Notes under the pieces: generated by a model
What the model saw: only the letters and a program-made list of their open reading frames with translations
The model's database searches: none
What the model was told of the DNA's origin: nothing
Made by a program: the position numbers and the translations under genes
NCBI GenBank assembly: GCA_019058365.1
Contig: JAHPZE010000019.1
Location: 1-64,000, forward strand
Source: Promethearchaeota archaeon
GTDB taxonomy: Archaea > Asgardarchaeota > Lokiarchaeia > Sigyniarchaeales > SOKP01
Reading direction: 5' to 3'
DNA length: 64,000 bases
Shown: in pieces, positions 30,080 through 40,392 of the stretch
How the letters are laid out: every line of letters starts with the position of its first letter
Numbering within the stretch: the first letter of the stretch is position 1

Positions 30080-31455
30080 GGGTATTTGCTTTTCAAAGAA
30101 TTTGTAAGATGGTCTAATTTTTCTGTTATTTTAAGTTTGAATAAATGAGCTTCCTCTAATTTCATATAGGAATCGGGTATCTTCTTAATATTGTCTAAAT
30201 AAAATTTCTGAATATCATCCAATTTCGGTAATTTCGTGATTAATTTCCCCTTCTTCATAATTGGTAATAATAATGGTTCAGAATTAGGAGGAATAGGCTC
30301 ATCGTCAAGAGCTAATATATCTTCTTTAAATTTATTATGTTTATCGTAAATCCTATATACTTGTTTTTTCCCTGGATATGTTAATTTCTCTTCACTAATT
30401 TTAATTTTCGGTAATTTATTATATTCAATTAATTTATATACACCTGCGATTGTTGGATCATCCCGTGAGGTTGCTAGTTCTGTTCCAACACCAAAAGCAT
30501 CAATTGGAGCATTTTCATCAATAATTTCTTTTATTTTGTACTCATTTAAATCTGAACTAGCGACAATTAATACTTTTTCACATCCATTGGCATCCAAAAT
30601 TTTTCGTACTTTTTTCGCATGGTCAATTAGATCCCCAGAATCTATTCTTACTCCTCTTATTTTATTCCCAAATATACTAGATAATTCAGCTCCTTTTTCT
30701 GTATCATATGTATCTATTAAGAGGATAGAGTCTTCGTTATAAATCTTATAATATGACTTAAAACTATCTACCTCATTTTCGAATTTCTGAACAAAACTGT
30801 GAGCCATAGTACCGGTAGAATTAATCCCTAATTCAAGATCTGCTATAACATTACTAGTGCCATTGAATCCCGCAATGTAACTTGCTCTAGCAGCATATAC
30901 ACCGGCGAGGGGACTATGTGATCTTCTTGTACCAAATTCAAGAAATACTTTATCTGGAGCTACATTTTTAATTCGAGATGCTTTTGACGCAATCAGAGTT
31001 TGAAAATTAATTACATTAAGTAAATAAGTCTCTGCAATTTGAGTATGAAATATTGGTCCTTGGACTCTCATTATTGGTTCATTGGGAAAGAAAAAATTTC
31101 CTTCTCTCATTGCCCATATATCAATATTAAATTTAAAATTCGGTAAGTAGTCATCAAAAAACCGTGTATCAATACTTTTAAAAACTGTCTTATTTCTTAA
31201 AAATTCAATTGATCGTTTTGTAAATCTAGCATTAAGTAAATATTGAATTGCTTGTTCCAAACCTGCAAAAATTAAATAATTACGATTTCTGGGCAATTTT
31301 CTAATGAATAACTCAAACGTCGCGATATCATCTTCTTCTTTAATTTTGTTTTCAAGGTTATACTGATAATAAGCAGCACCCATAGTCAATTGATAAAAAT
31401 CAGTAGCTAGAATCATATTTTGATCGTTTACAAAACCAGAGTTCACATTACTCAT
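30076..31455 (-). CDS. pncB: Nicotinate phosphoribosyltransferase
   Basis: TDFYQLTM, EFGTRR, GTMAHS, LIDTYD, RIDSGD, FGVGT, GVYKL. Confidence 0.93.
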   Translation of the reverse strand: MSNVNSGFVNDQNMILATDFYQLTMGAAYYQYNLENKIKEEDDIATFELFIRKLPRNRNYLIFAGLEQAIQYLLNARFTKRSIEFLRNKTVFKSIDTRFFDDYLPNFKFNIDIWAMREGNFFFPNEPIMRVQGPIFHTQIAETYLLNVINFQTLIASKASRIKNVAPDKVFLEFGTRRSHSPLAGVYAARASYIAGFNGTSNVIADLELGINSTGTMAHSFVQKFENEVDSFKSYYKIYNEDSILLIDTYDTEKGAELSSIFGNKIRGVRIDSGDLIDHAKKVRKILDANGCEKVLIVASSDLNEYKIKEIIDENAPIDAFGVGTELATSRDDPTIAGVYKLIEYNKLPKIKISEEKLTYPGKKQVYRIYDKHNKFKEDILALDDEPIPPNSEPLLLPIMKKGKLITKLPKLDDIQKFYLDNIKKIPDSYMKLEEAHLFKLKITEKLDHLTNSLKSKYP

Positions 31456-31725
31456 TTTTTTTTCATCGAATTTACTTATATTTTCTTAAGTATTTACTTT
31501 ACTTTTTATTATTATAAACATTTACAAATTAGTTACATTAAAAATAACAACCTCCAAAAAATGCTAATAGAACCTGATAAAGCCTAATTTTAAAGTTTAT
31601 TTACAAATAATATTCTCAAAAGTAGGAAAGATAAGATTAACTTTAAAAGTAAAAAAAATTGATCTTTGTATAAATACTTATTTTAACAAAATTGGTCTAG
31701 TTATTTTAAAAGAAAAAGTGATTAT

Positions 31726-33462
31726 ATGTACCATTTAGACGATGATGAATATTTAAATGTACCTTATTATCGCAAAACGCGTAGCGTTTGTCCAGAATGT
31801 TTAGAACCAATTGGTGCCGAAGTTTATGAAGAAAATGATGAAATTTGGATGAGAAAAACTTGTGAAGAACATGGTAAATTCAAGGATAAGATAAGCAGTT
31901 CTGCTAAATATTATAAATGGACACATTGGGCCATAAGAGATAAAGATGGAAAGGTTATTTGGAAATTTGATAAGGATGGAGAAGCAAATCCTCCTGATTG
32001 TGGTGTCGAAGATCCAAGAGGTTGTCCTTACAATTGTGGTCTATGCCCAGAGCATCTATCAACTTGCTCCTTAGCATTAATTGACTTGACTAATCGCTGT
32101 AATTTTAATTGTAATTTCTGCTATGCAAACGTACAAAAATCTGGTTATTTAATTCAACCGTCTTTAGAAGAAATTGATAGAATTATGAAGCATTTCAGAA
32201 GTAAACCTATTCCCGCAATTGCAATAATGTTTACCGGTGGAGAACCAACAGTTAGAAAAGATTTTCCTGAAATTTGTAAAATGGCAAAAGATAATGGATT
32301 CAAAGAGGTTATCGTGGCTACGAATGGTTATGGTTTTCAAAAGAAAAATGGTGGTCTTGAGTGGACTAAAAAAGTAAAAGCGGCAGGCTTAGATACACTT
32401 TACTTCCAATTTGATGGAATCAACAATATTACATATGAAAAAACGAGAGGTATTAAGAATCTCATGGCATACAAACAAAGAGTTATCGATAATTGCCGTA
32501 AGGCTAAACTTGATTCTATTGTATTAGTTGCTACAATTGCTAAGGGAATTACTGATATTGAGGTTGGAAATATCATTCAATATGCTATTGATAATGTAGA
32601 TGTTGTACGAGGTATTACCTTTCAACCTGTATCTCTATGCGGGCGTATTGCATTTGAAGAAAGACAGGATTTGAGAATCACCAATGCAGATGTGCTAAAG
32701 GTTATAGAGGAACAAACTGCTGGAAAAATAGCGATGGAAAATTCGTGGTACCCTCTAAGTACTATTGTGGAATTTGGCAGAGTCATAGCTTATTTAGCGG
32801 ATGTTGAACCGATAGAATTCACATGTCATCCTGACTGTGGTTTTGCGAGCTATATGGTAGTAGATCCAGATTCGGGCGAAATGATGCCGATAATGGAATA
32901 TTTCGATCCTTTAAAAGTCATTGATTTTGCTAACCGTTTTTGGGAGAAAATTAAACATAAAGAAAAGAACCAACTCAGAGTTTTTGAAGATTTATTAGGT
33001 GATTTTGGTAAAACTTTAGATAAGGGTTTAAATTTTCTTGATAAGACTCAATTAAGAGCAAGATTTTTATTAGGAGTACTACAATATATGAAAAAACCGG
33101 GAAAACTCATGGAAATGTTTTCAAGACTTTTAATGCGTGGAGATTGGGAAAGTGTAAGCTCTTTTAGTTATGGTGCGTTGTTACTTTCCAGTATGCATTT
33201 TCAAGATGCTTATAACATGGATATTGAAAGAACAAAAAGATGCATCGTACATTTTGGAGTTGCAATGCCAGATAAAAGCGTGAAGGAAATAAGCTTTTGT
33301 ACCATGAATACACTTCATAGACCTATAATTGAGAAACAAATAGCAAAAAAAATAACTGCAAAAATTAAAAATGAGTTTGACACCACCACAGGTCAATCTG
33401 TAGAGGAAATTGAACAAGAAGTAGCCCGTAATGGTGGAATTAACAAGAAGGAGGATGCTTAG
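31726..33462 (+). CDS. tes: Tetraether lipid synthase (Tes/GDGT-MAS) radical SAM enzyme
   Basis: N-terminal SVCPEC...KTCEEHG; GCPYNCGLCPEH; CNFNCNFC radical SAM motif; TCHPDCG, MHFQDAYN, RCIVH, SFCTMN. Confidence 0.87.
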   Translation: MYHLDDDEYLNVPYYRKTRSVCPECLEPIGAEVYEENDEIWMRKTCEEHGKFKDKISSSAKYYKWTHWAIRDKDGKVIWKFDKDGEANPPDCGVEDPRGCPYNCGLCPEHLSTCSLALIDLTNRCNFNCNFCYANVQKSGYLIQPSLEEIDRIMKHFRSKPIPAIAIMFTGGEPTVRKDFPEICKMAKDNGFKEVIVATNGYGFQKKNGGLEWTKKVKAAGLDTLYFQFDGINNITYEKTRGIKNLMAYKQRVIDNCRKAKLDSIVLVATIAKGITDIEVGNIIQYAIDNVDVVRGITFQPVSLCGRIAFEERQDLRITNADVLKVIEEQTAGKIAMENSWYPLSTIVEFGRVIAYLADVEPIEFTCHPDCGFASYMVVDPDSGEMMPIMEYFDPLKVIDFANRFWEKIKHKEKNQLRVFEDLLGDFGKTLDKGLNFLDKTQLRARFLLGVLQYMKKPGKLMEMFSRLLMRGDWESVSSFSYGALLLSSMHFQDAYNMDIERTKRCIVHFGVAMPDKSVKEISFCTMNTLHRPIIEKQIAKKITAKIKNEFDTTTGQSVEEIEQEVARNGGINKKEDA

Positions 33463-33750
33463 ATGCCTGAAGAATTCGTTGAAGATAAAGATGGGATGAA
33501 AATTCGTAAACTAGCAGAGCTAAAAACCGTTACGAATAAAGATTATGAAGAAGCTATGCTTAAGCGAGTAGATGAATTTAAGGAACAAAAGAAAGAAAAG
33601 TCTCAGTTCAACGATGTCTTTCAAAACACGTTCTTTAAAGCTTTAAATACTGCTTTTGATTTAAAAGTCCAAGTTGATAAAGCTATTGGAGAAGATAATT
33701 TAAAAAAGCTTCATAAGGCAATTGATGATATTCTATTATTAGGGCTCTAA
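33463..33750 (+). CDS. Small helical hypothetical protein translationally coupled to tes
   Basis: ATG immediately follows the tes stop; GGAGG SD lies inside the tes 3' end. Confidence 0.7.
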   Translation: MPEEFVEDKDGMKIRKLAELKTVTNKDYEEAMLKRVDEFKEQKKEKSQFNDVFQNTFFKALNTAFDLKVQVDKAIGEDNLKKLHKAIDDILLLGL

Positions 33751-33815
33751 TTTCATCTTTTTAATTAATTTTATATTTTTAATTTATTTCTTTTTTAACA
33801 CTTTTTTTAGCACGG

Positions 33816-34165
33816 ATATCAGTAATAATATGGGTATTTGGGATACAAAATACTGAAAATGCTTATGGTATCGTCATGTATGGATATGCAATGAGTCATA
33901 TCGCTTACTGGGGTTCTATTGGGATTATTAGACTTATTACAATAGAAACACTTCCTACTGATTGAAGAGGTACTGGTGTAGATTTAGGAGTTTAATAGGA
34001 GCAGAGAGAGGCATAATAGGATTATGATCTGGTAATGTTGTTATTTTATCATTGGGATTAGGTCCTACGTTCATCATATTTGTGATGGGCAATTTAGTGG
34101 TTATATCCTTAGCTGTTTTACTCCTTAAAGAGACAAAGGGCATTGAACTCTCTGAAATTAAATAG
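33816..34165 (+). pseudogene. 3' fragment of an MFS transporter (decayed)
   Basis: Translates to ...IETLPTD*RGTGV / FRSLIGA..IIGL*...LLKETKGIELSEIK*; TGA stops at 33963 and 34025 plus one frameshift; 5' part is missing. Confidence 0.75.
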
Positions 34166-34282
34166 GAAATAAATTTTATAGGAAATAACTCATACTTTTT
34201 TTTATAATTTTTTACTCGAAACTCTTCTTCTTGTTTGCTTTTTTTTCATAACTTATTTTTAAAATCACAGTTTAGTTATACT

Positions 34283-35365
34283 ATGGTTTATAACTCTCTT
34301 ACCTTACCAGTTACAATTTTTTATATATTTAATGGGTTTATTCACCTTTATTATGCTCTTAAGTTGAAAAAGAAGTATCCAGAACATAATTTTACAAATT
34401 CATTTTTAATATTTTTATTATGGATTGTAGCTGGTGTTGCTTTTCCTTTCTTTTTTATAAGAGATACGAGTCAAGTAAGATGGTTTGAAGGTTTAACTCT
34501 TCAAATTATATGTATATATGCACCCTTGTTAGTTTTTTTCATTTTATATTACCAATATCAATTTGTATTAAAGAAAAAACCAACTCTAAGAGATGACAGA
34601 ACCATAGAAAACTTTGTAGATCATTTTACTTTAATGGATATAAAGAATCTCAATAATAGAAAGATTGCTTTAAGAACTGATTTTCATAGAAAAGCATTCC
34701 ATCTATTACCTGCAGTGATTATTATTTTTTTATGGCTTTTTGCAATCTATATTTGGGATGATATATGGCATGCTGATCAATTCTGGGGAATCTCAGGAAC
34801 AGAATATGGAATATTTCTAATATTGACGGTTGGCTATACAGGAGTTATCATATTTGCTGCTCTAGATTACATTCGTTTATCCCATATTTTTAATAAAAGT
34901 AATATTTATCATTTACTTCCTCATTGTATTTCTAATACATTAGGTAAAACTTTAAAGAAAAATGAGATCTATGAGTTTACTAGACCAGTTGCCTTAGTTT
35001 TATCACTTGTGCCTACCTTGTTCTTTCCTTTTGGAATATTTACTGCTACAGCACTAATAGCCACTTTAGGTGATGGTGCAGCATCTATATTTGGACTCAG
35101 ATTTGGGAGAATTCACATACCAAAATCTTCAAATAAAACTTTAATTGGCTATATTTCTGGATTTTTAGCATCCTTCGGAATCAGCATTCTTGTTTTATGG
35201 ATTTTTGAACAGCAATCCTTAGCTATTTTTAAAGTTGTTGTTATTGGATTTGGGGGTGCAATGACATTTCTAATTATTGATATCTTAAATCTTAAAGTAG
35301 ACGATAATATTTTGAATCCCATATTCTGTTCATTAGTAATGGGCTTATTATATTATTTTTTATGA
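34283..35365 (+). CDS. CTP-dependent polyprenol/dolichol/diacylglycerol kinase family membrane protein
   Basis: RKAFH, LGDGAASIFGLRFG, KTLIG and DDNILNP motifs; multiple TM helices. ATG at 34283 is preferred over the ORF-track start at 34235. Confidence 0.8.
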   Translation: MVYNSLTLPVTIFYIFNGFIHLYYALKLKKKYPEHNFTNSFLIFLLWIVAGVAFPFFFIRDTSQVRWFEGLTLQIICIYAPLLVFFILYYQYQFVLKKKPTLRDDRTIENFVDHFTLMDIKNLNNRKIALRTDFHRKAFHLLPAVIIIFLWLFAIYIWDDIWHADQFWGISGTEYGIFLILTVGYTGVIIFAALDYIRLSHIFNKSNIYHLLPHCISNTLGKTLKKNEIYEFTRPVALVLSLVPTLFFPFGIFTATALIATLGDGAASIFGLRFGRIHIPKSSNKTLIGYISGFLASFGISILVLWIFEQQSLAIFKVVVIGFGGAMTFLIIDILNLKVDDNILNPIFCSLVMGLLYYFL

Positions 35366-35378
35366 GATACATTAAAAA

Positions 35379-38300
35379 TTAAAAGAAAGCATCCATCTTT
35401 TTAATACCCTTAATTTCATCATATGTAATGCCAAGTGCATCTAAAACTTGTTCTAAAGCAGAAATAAGAAGCTCCTTATACTTTTTCGTGTCAACATCCT
35501 GGAGTTTTGCAAGTTCAATTGCCTTTGCTCCGGTCGTCCCCTTACTTTTGATAAATCGTATTGTTTCACCTTTTTGAAATTCCTTACCCGTAACATCCCT
35601 TAATTCTTTCGCTGCTCGAACATGTTGGGGAACAACTTTTGTATAACTCTTCAGATCCTTCTGTAAACCAATATTTATCGCGTAATCTTCTAAGGTGAAG
35701 GTATTTGGTTTTCCTATTTTCTTGAGATTATCTCTTACTATTTCGATAATTTGATCTTTAGCTTTTAAAAATTCATCGCTATTTGTGATATTTTTCAAGA
35801 TTTCAATCATTTCACTAAAAACCTTTTTGATAAAATCTGGAGTGTTTCTCTTTTTAGCTACTAAACCTTTTATATCTACAAATTTAGTATCCTTATAAAT
35901 ACCGACATAATTCTTTTTTCTATCAGAGAGTGCTAAGAATTGATAAGTTTTTTCCTCCTCCAAATCAAGATCAAGTTCTTTTTTACTCCATTCTGATATT
36001 TGTTTCATTTGGTCCTTTAAAGGATTTAAAAGAAAAACAGAGTCTGTGTCTCCATACAAAACTTTTACACCTATATCTTCAGCTTTTTTAATCGTTTGTT
36101 TAATAGAGTATTGCCCTATTCCCGTAATACTTTCTGCTACAGGTAAACAAAACAAAGGGAAATTCTGGGATCCAAAAACACCATAGGAGGCGTTTAAAAA
36201 CACTTTTAGTGCTTGCTGAATTGTTTGATAATAGCTTCGCTGTTTTTCTGTTAGATTGATATCACCGGATTTAGGTTTAAAATATTTTACTCTTATATCT
36301 CGGAAAAACCCGACAACATACGCAAAGATTCCCATTTTTTGAGTACATATATGATAAGGCGTTCCCTTTATAAGATTGTCTTCATCATCTTTGTGCGGAC
36401 ATAAGACAGTTTCATATGAAAGATTATATTCTTTGATTATTGATGGATATAGGCTTGAAAAATCCATAACTACGACATCGAAATGAATACCAGGAACAGG
36501 TGGAACGACATATGCGCCAGCAAAGGTTTTTCCTTCTATAACCGCTTTAGAATATCCTCCTGCTTTTAATTCAGCTATTTCAGAACGACGAGGAATAAGA
36601 TACTCATTTCTTCTATGTTCAAAATAAAAGATATTCTGTATCCAGGTTGAAATCTGACGCCTGACAGTTTCATGGATAGGCATCTTAGTTATTCGACATA
36701 ATAGTAGAATTAAATTCCATACTAAGGAGTTATTAAATTTTGTTAACTCCAATGTAAGTATTGAATCTTTTAAATTATACCATGTAAGGATATCATATTC
36801 CATTTCATGTATTTCTTCTTCATGCTCATATTTCTTCTTTCCAAGTAATGCATCACTAATCGCGTTTAATGAACTGCTTTCATATGCTCCTCCAAATGCG
36901 TATCCTGAAATACTTCTATTAAAAAAGAAATTAAATAGATCAATATGAATCCCTTTTCTTAGGTCGCAATCTGATGATGATAAGAACCCAAAACCTCTTT
37001 TAATATGGATAGGATTTAAATCTTTATCTATTTTTAAAATATTTGCTCTATGGAACATATAATTTAAATCAAAATTATCACCATTGAACGTAATAATGAC
37101 TGGATATTCCCATAAAAGATGAAAGGTTTCTATTAATAATTCTTTTTCACTTTTAAAGAAAAATATTTTAGCATCTGATGGAAATTTTTTATGGAGCCCA
37201 CGATAAATAAATCCTTCTCTTTCTAATACATATACTAATTTTAATCCATCTGAAGCTACAAAAGATATACTAATAATTGCTTGTTTTGCTTGACGAGGAT
37301 CTGGAATAACAAAATCTTCTGATCCTAAACTTACTTCAATATCCATAGCTAACCGTTTCACATCTGGAATTGGAGTTAGAAATATATCCAAAAACTTTTC
37401 TGAAAATTCTTGAATTTCTTTAGATTCATCTTTAAATAGATTCCGTAATTCCTTTGCCAGGATTTTTGATTCTTCTGAATCCTCTTCAAAACTTAATTTT
37501 TTAATTTGTCCACCTTGAATACTATAAATTAAACCAGGAATAAGTTGCCTATCGAAAATATAGTTTAAATGGTATCTAATATCTGCCTCCCACGCTTTTT
37601 TATTATTTTTACTCAAAATATTTCTGATATTAGTCCCAGATCCTCCAATATCTGAGGGCGTTTTACCATAAATTTTTGTCATTAATATTTTTTTATCCTT
37701 TAACAAATCTACTTTCTCTACTTCTTCAAATCTAGTGAAACCTTCATAATCTTTCAATTCAATAATGTTTTCCAATTCTGAAATAGGTTCTTTACTTAAA
37801 CAATAAGGTTCATGATCGGTGGTATCAATCCAAATCTTTATATCATCAGATTCTAAATCATAGAATTTACAATATGCTTTGTTTTGTCCACCGTCATAAT
37901 CAACATCAAGCAATAACCCTCGTTCCATATCTTCCACTATTTCTCCCCTTTCAATCAAATATCGAAGGTATGTTGAAGACACACTTTCATGTAAAACCTT
38001 GGATAATTTGATATTTCCCTCTTTTAAGCCAAATGGTTTTCCATCTCCTTTAAAAAATAAATTTGAAGGTATTTCTTTTGAAACCTTCTGTACTTGAGGA
38101 GTTGGTTCTTTGATCTTTTCTTCTTTTACAATTTTAGGTTTAGTTTTTGGTTTTTCTTTTTTAGGTTTTTCTACTTTTATTTGTTTAGGTTTTTCTGGTG
38201 GTTTTTCTTTTTTCTGCTCTTTTTTTTCAACAAACGTGAAAAGTGAAGTTTGAGACTTATCATCTGGTTTTTTCTTTTTCGAAGGTGGCATATTTACCAA
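35379..38300 (-). CDS. polB: Family B DNA polymerase (PolB1-type)
   Basis: Exonuclease motifs DIE, FNGDNFD, YNLKDS; polymerase motifs DFSSLYPS, KVFLNASYG, YGDTDS, KKNY, IKGL. Confidence 0.95.
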   Translation of the reverse strand: MVNMPPSKKKKPDDKSQTSLFTFVEKKEQKKEKPPEKPKQIKVEKPKKEKPKTKPKIVKEEKIKEPTPQVQKVSKEIPSNLFFKGDGKPFGLKEGNIKLSKVLHESVSSTYLRYLIERGEIVEDMERGLLLDVDYDGGQNKAYCKFYDLESDDIKIWIDTTDHEPYCLSKEPISELENIIELKDYEGFTRFEEVEKVDLLKDKKILMTKIYGKTPSDIGGSGTNIRNILSKNNKKAWEADIRYHLNYIFDRQLIPGLIYSIQGGQIKKLSFEEDSEESKILAKELRNLFKDESKEIQEFSEKFLDIFLTPIPDVKRLAMDIEVSLGSEDFVIPDPRQAKQAIISISFVASDGLKLVYVLEREGFIYRGLHKKFPSDAKIFFFKSEKELLIETFHLLWEYPVIITFNGDNFDLNYMFHRANILKIDKDLNPIHIKRGFGFLSSSDCDLRKGIHIDLFNFFFNRSISGYAFGGAYESSSLNAISDALLGKKKYEHEEEIHEMEYDILTWYNLKDSILTLELTKFNNSLVWNLILLLCRITKMPIHETVRRQISTWIQNIFYFEHRRNEYLIPRRSEIAELKAGGYSKAVIEGKTFAGAYVVPPVPGIHFDVVVMDFSSLYPSIIKEYNLSYETVLCPHKDDEDNLIKGTPYHICTQKMGIFAYVVGFFRDIRVKYFKPKSGDINLTEKQRSYYQTIQQALKVFLNASYGVFGSQNFPLFCLPVAESITGIGQYSIKQTIKKAEDIGVKVLYGDTDSVFLLNPLKDQMKQISEWSKKELDLDLEEEKTYQFLALSDRKKNYVGIYKDTKFVDIKGLVAKKRNTPDFIKKVFSEMIEILKNITNSDEFLKAKDQIIEIVRDNLKKIGKPNTFTLEDYAINIGLQKDLKSYTKVVPQHVRAAKELRDVTGKEFQKGETIRFIKSKGTTGAKAIELAKLQDVDTKKYKELLISALEQVLDALGITYDEIKGIKKMDAFF

Positions 38301-38457
38301 TTAAACTAATATTTTACTGACTAATATAAATAATTATTATTATAATATTTATTATAAAACCCTCTATTCCTTCTTTAATATTTTATCTATGACTCTAAAG
38401 TCAAGCAATATTATAGAAAGAAAATTTAACCTAATTCCTATCTACAAAAATTTTGTA

Positions 38458-38796
38458 TTATCTGTTATTTTCAACTATTTTTTTTATTTCTTCCAAGAGG
38501 AGTTGCTTCTCCGCTATATACCAGTCCAATTGGCTTTTTGAGGGGCTCTCATTCGAAATCGTGAAAGCTACCTCTTTTATTTCCTTTTCAGAAGGAATTA
38601 TCAGTTGACCATTTACATTTTCCCTTATGAGCAGTACTAAGTTATCGGTCTCTAATGGTTTGATATCATACCCATTTTTTATATTTTGGTTAATTGTTAC
38701 ACATAAGGTTGCTAGATGCTGAATAGAATCCTTTAAACTCCGATTTTCCTTGTAAATTTTAAATGCCAGAGAGGTTACATCTTCCTTTGAAAACAT
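38458..38796 (-). CDS. Hypothetical protein with two DUF2934-like helical repeats
   Basis: Repeated E.(V/I)..(L/V)AF.I...S...(W)..A pattern. Confidence 0.55.
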   Translation of the reverse strand: MFSKEDVTSLAFKIYKENRSLKDSIQHLATLCVTINQNIKNGYDIKPLETDNLVLLIRENVNGQLIIPSEKEIKEVAFTISNESPSKSQLDWYIAEKQLLLEEIKKIVENNR

Positions 38797-38969
38797 TTCA
38801 CAAACAGAAGTCTAATTTATTATATTATTGATAATTAGGTAACTGATTAACAAAAAGATATATACACTTTTAATTATTTGTGTTGATTTTTTAACGCGTT
38901 TAAAACCACAAAATTAAAAATTTATAATATTTTCTTATAAGTATAGGAAAATTTTAAAAGCCCTCAAGC

Positions 38970-39071
38970 GCCTCCGTGGCTTAAAAATAATGACAAGCGC
39001 TTTATTTGGCAAAGCGGTATAGCATCCGACTTGTAATCGGAAGGTCGGGGGTTCAAATCCCCCCGGAGGCT
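38970..39071 (+). tRNA. tRNA-Thr(UGU) with a 30-nt non-canonical intron in the D-arm
   Basis: Acceptor stem GCCTCCG/CGGAGGC, discriminator U; anticodon arm TCCGA-CTTGTAA-TCGGA; T-arm GGGGG-TTCAAAT-CCCCC; D-arm interrupted by about 38984-39013. Confidence 0.9.
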
Positions 39072-39087
39072 ATTTAAATTTGCTTTT

Positions 39088-40191
39088 TTAATTTTGGCTT
39101 TTCAAATATTGATAAATCAATTCAGCTGCTTGTTCTATACCATCTAAAGTGCTTATTTCAGGAACATTATGAGCAAACATAGTGGGGATTCCGACTAAAG
39201 ATGATGGAATACCTAGCCATTTTTGAACTTTACCAGCATCAGAACCATAGAATTCTAAAACACCATCTTGGCATTTTATATTATTTTGAACAGCGACCTC
39301 AACTAAGGTTTTACATAATTGATAATCGAAAACACCAGTACCACTTGCTTCTTGCCACACAATTACCGGTCCATCATGTAATTTAATATCAGAACTTACG
39401 GTTCCCGGAAAATTTTCAACCAATCCAATATCTAATGCTATAATTTCATCAATAGAATTATTTTTTGCGAAAAATAAGGAGCCCTCGGTTCCAATTTCTT
39501 CACGGGTAGTTGCAACGATATACAAATCAAATGGTTTTGTTAAATTTCCTAACTCATCTAGTAGATTATTCACAATTTTATTTGTTAATAAGATTAATCC
39601 TGTCAATGCAACTAAGTTATCCATTGAATATCCTGCAATAATGTTATCATTAAATTTCTCATTTAATAATTCAAATTCTCCAGAAAATACAAATGGAGCT
39701 CCAATATGGATCTTATATTTGTTAATTACTTCTTCTTTATCTTTAGCTCCGACAAATATCTCCATCTCATATGGTTCAAATTTTTCTTCCCCTCTTAATT
39801 TTTGAGGGGTCGCGTGAGGAGATCTACCTCCAATAACACCATTTATCCATTTTCCTTCTTTATTTAATATAGATATTTTTCGTGAGACTAACCATCTACC
39901 CTCATATCCACCTCTTCTAGAAAACTCTAAACTTCCACTTTTTTTAATTTTTCTAATGGTTCCGCCAATTTCATCCATATGAGCTAATATAGCAATAGTT
40001 TTTTTGCTAGATTTTCCATTGAATTTAACAAAATAATTACTAAGTGAATCAGTGTTAACTTCAATACCTTTATCAGCAAGAATTATCTCTAATTCTGTTT
40101 TAAAGAGTTCACCACGAGCTTTCTCTAACCCACTAGGTGCTCTTGCCGATGAAAACTTTTTAATTATTCTAAAAATCTCATTTTTATCCAA
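39088..40191 (-). CDS. M42 family (TET-like) aminopeptidase
   Basis: APSGLE, AHMDEIG, MDN, REEIG, ALD, GSDA and AH metal ligands. Confidence 0.88.
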   Translation of the reverse strand: MDKNEIFRIIKKFSSARAPSGLEKARGELFKTELEIILADKGIEVNTDSLSNYFVKFNGKSSKKTIAILAHMDEIGGTIRKIKKSGSLEFSRRGGYEGRWLVSRKISILNKEGKWINGVIGGRSPHATPQKLRGEEKFEPYEMEIFVGAKDKEEVINKYKIHIGAPFVFSGEFELLNEKFNDNIIAGYSMDNLVALTGLILLTNKIVNNLLDELGNLTKPFDLYIVATTREEIGTEGSLFFAKNNSIDEIIALDIGLVENFPGTVSSDIKLHDGPVIVWQEASGTGVFDYQLCKTLVEVAVQNNIKCQDGVLEFYGSDAGKVQKWLGIPSSLVGIPTMFAHNVPEISTLDGIEQAAELIYQYLKSQN

Positions 40192-40240
40192 GATTTTTCA
40201 CTTTATTTCCTTCTTTATTTTTGTTTTAATCCTAAATAGT

Positions 40241-40318
40241 ATTAAGATTTATAATTCAATAAAATTGGTATTTTATAATATCATTTATTAATTTCGAAGA
40301 TTATGCAGATATTAATAG
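40241..40318. repeat. 78-bp direct repeat, copy 1
   Basis: Matches 41701-41778 at 72/78 positions, ungapped. Confidence 0.9.
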
Positions 40319-40392
40319 AAACTATAGCTAAGCTTTCGAATTTTTTGAAAGTGTTGAAATTCTTTACTATAGAGATTTTTAGAAAAAAATAT

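Noticed and set aside
21019-31455. NadM-like and pncB genes as an NAD-restoring module linked to the TIR protein
   Set aside because: They lie 17-27 kb away, are unlinked to each other, and are ordinary salvage genes.
33960-34030. In-frame TGA codons as selenocysteine or stop-codon recoding
   Set aside because: They fall at Arg/Leu-type positions in a truncated, frameshifted MFS fragment, and TGA serves as a normal stop elsewhere in the window.
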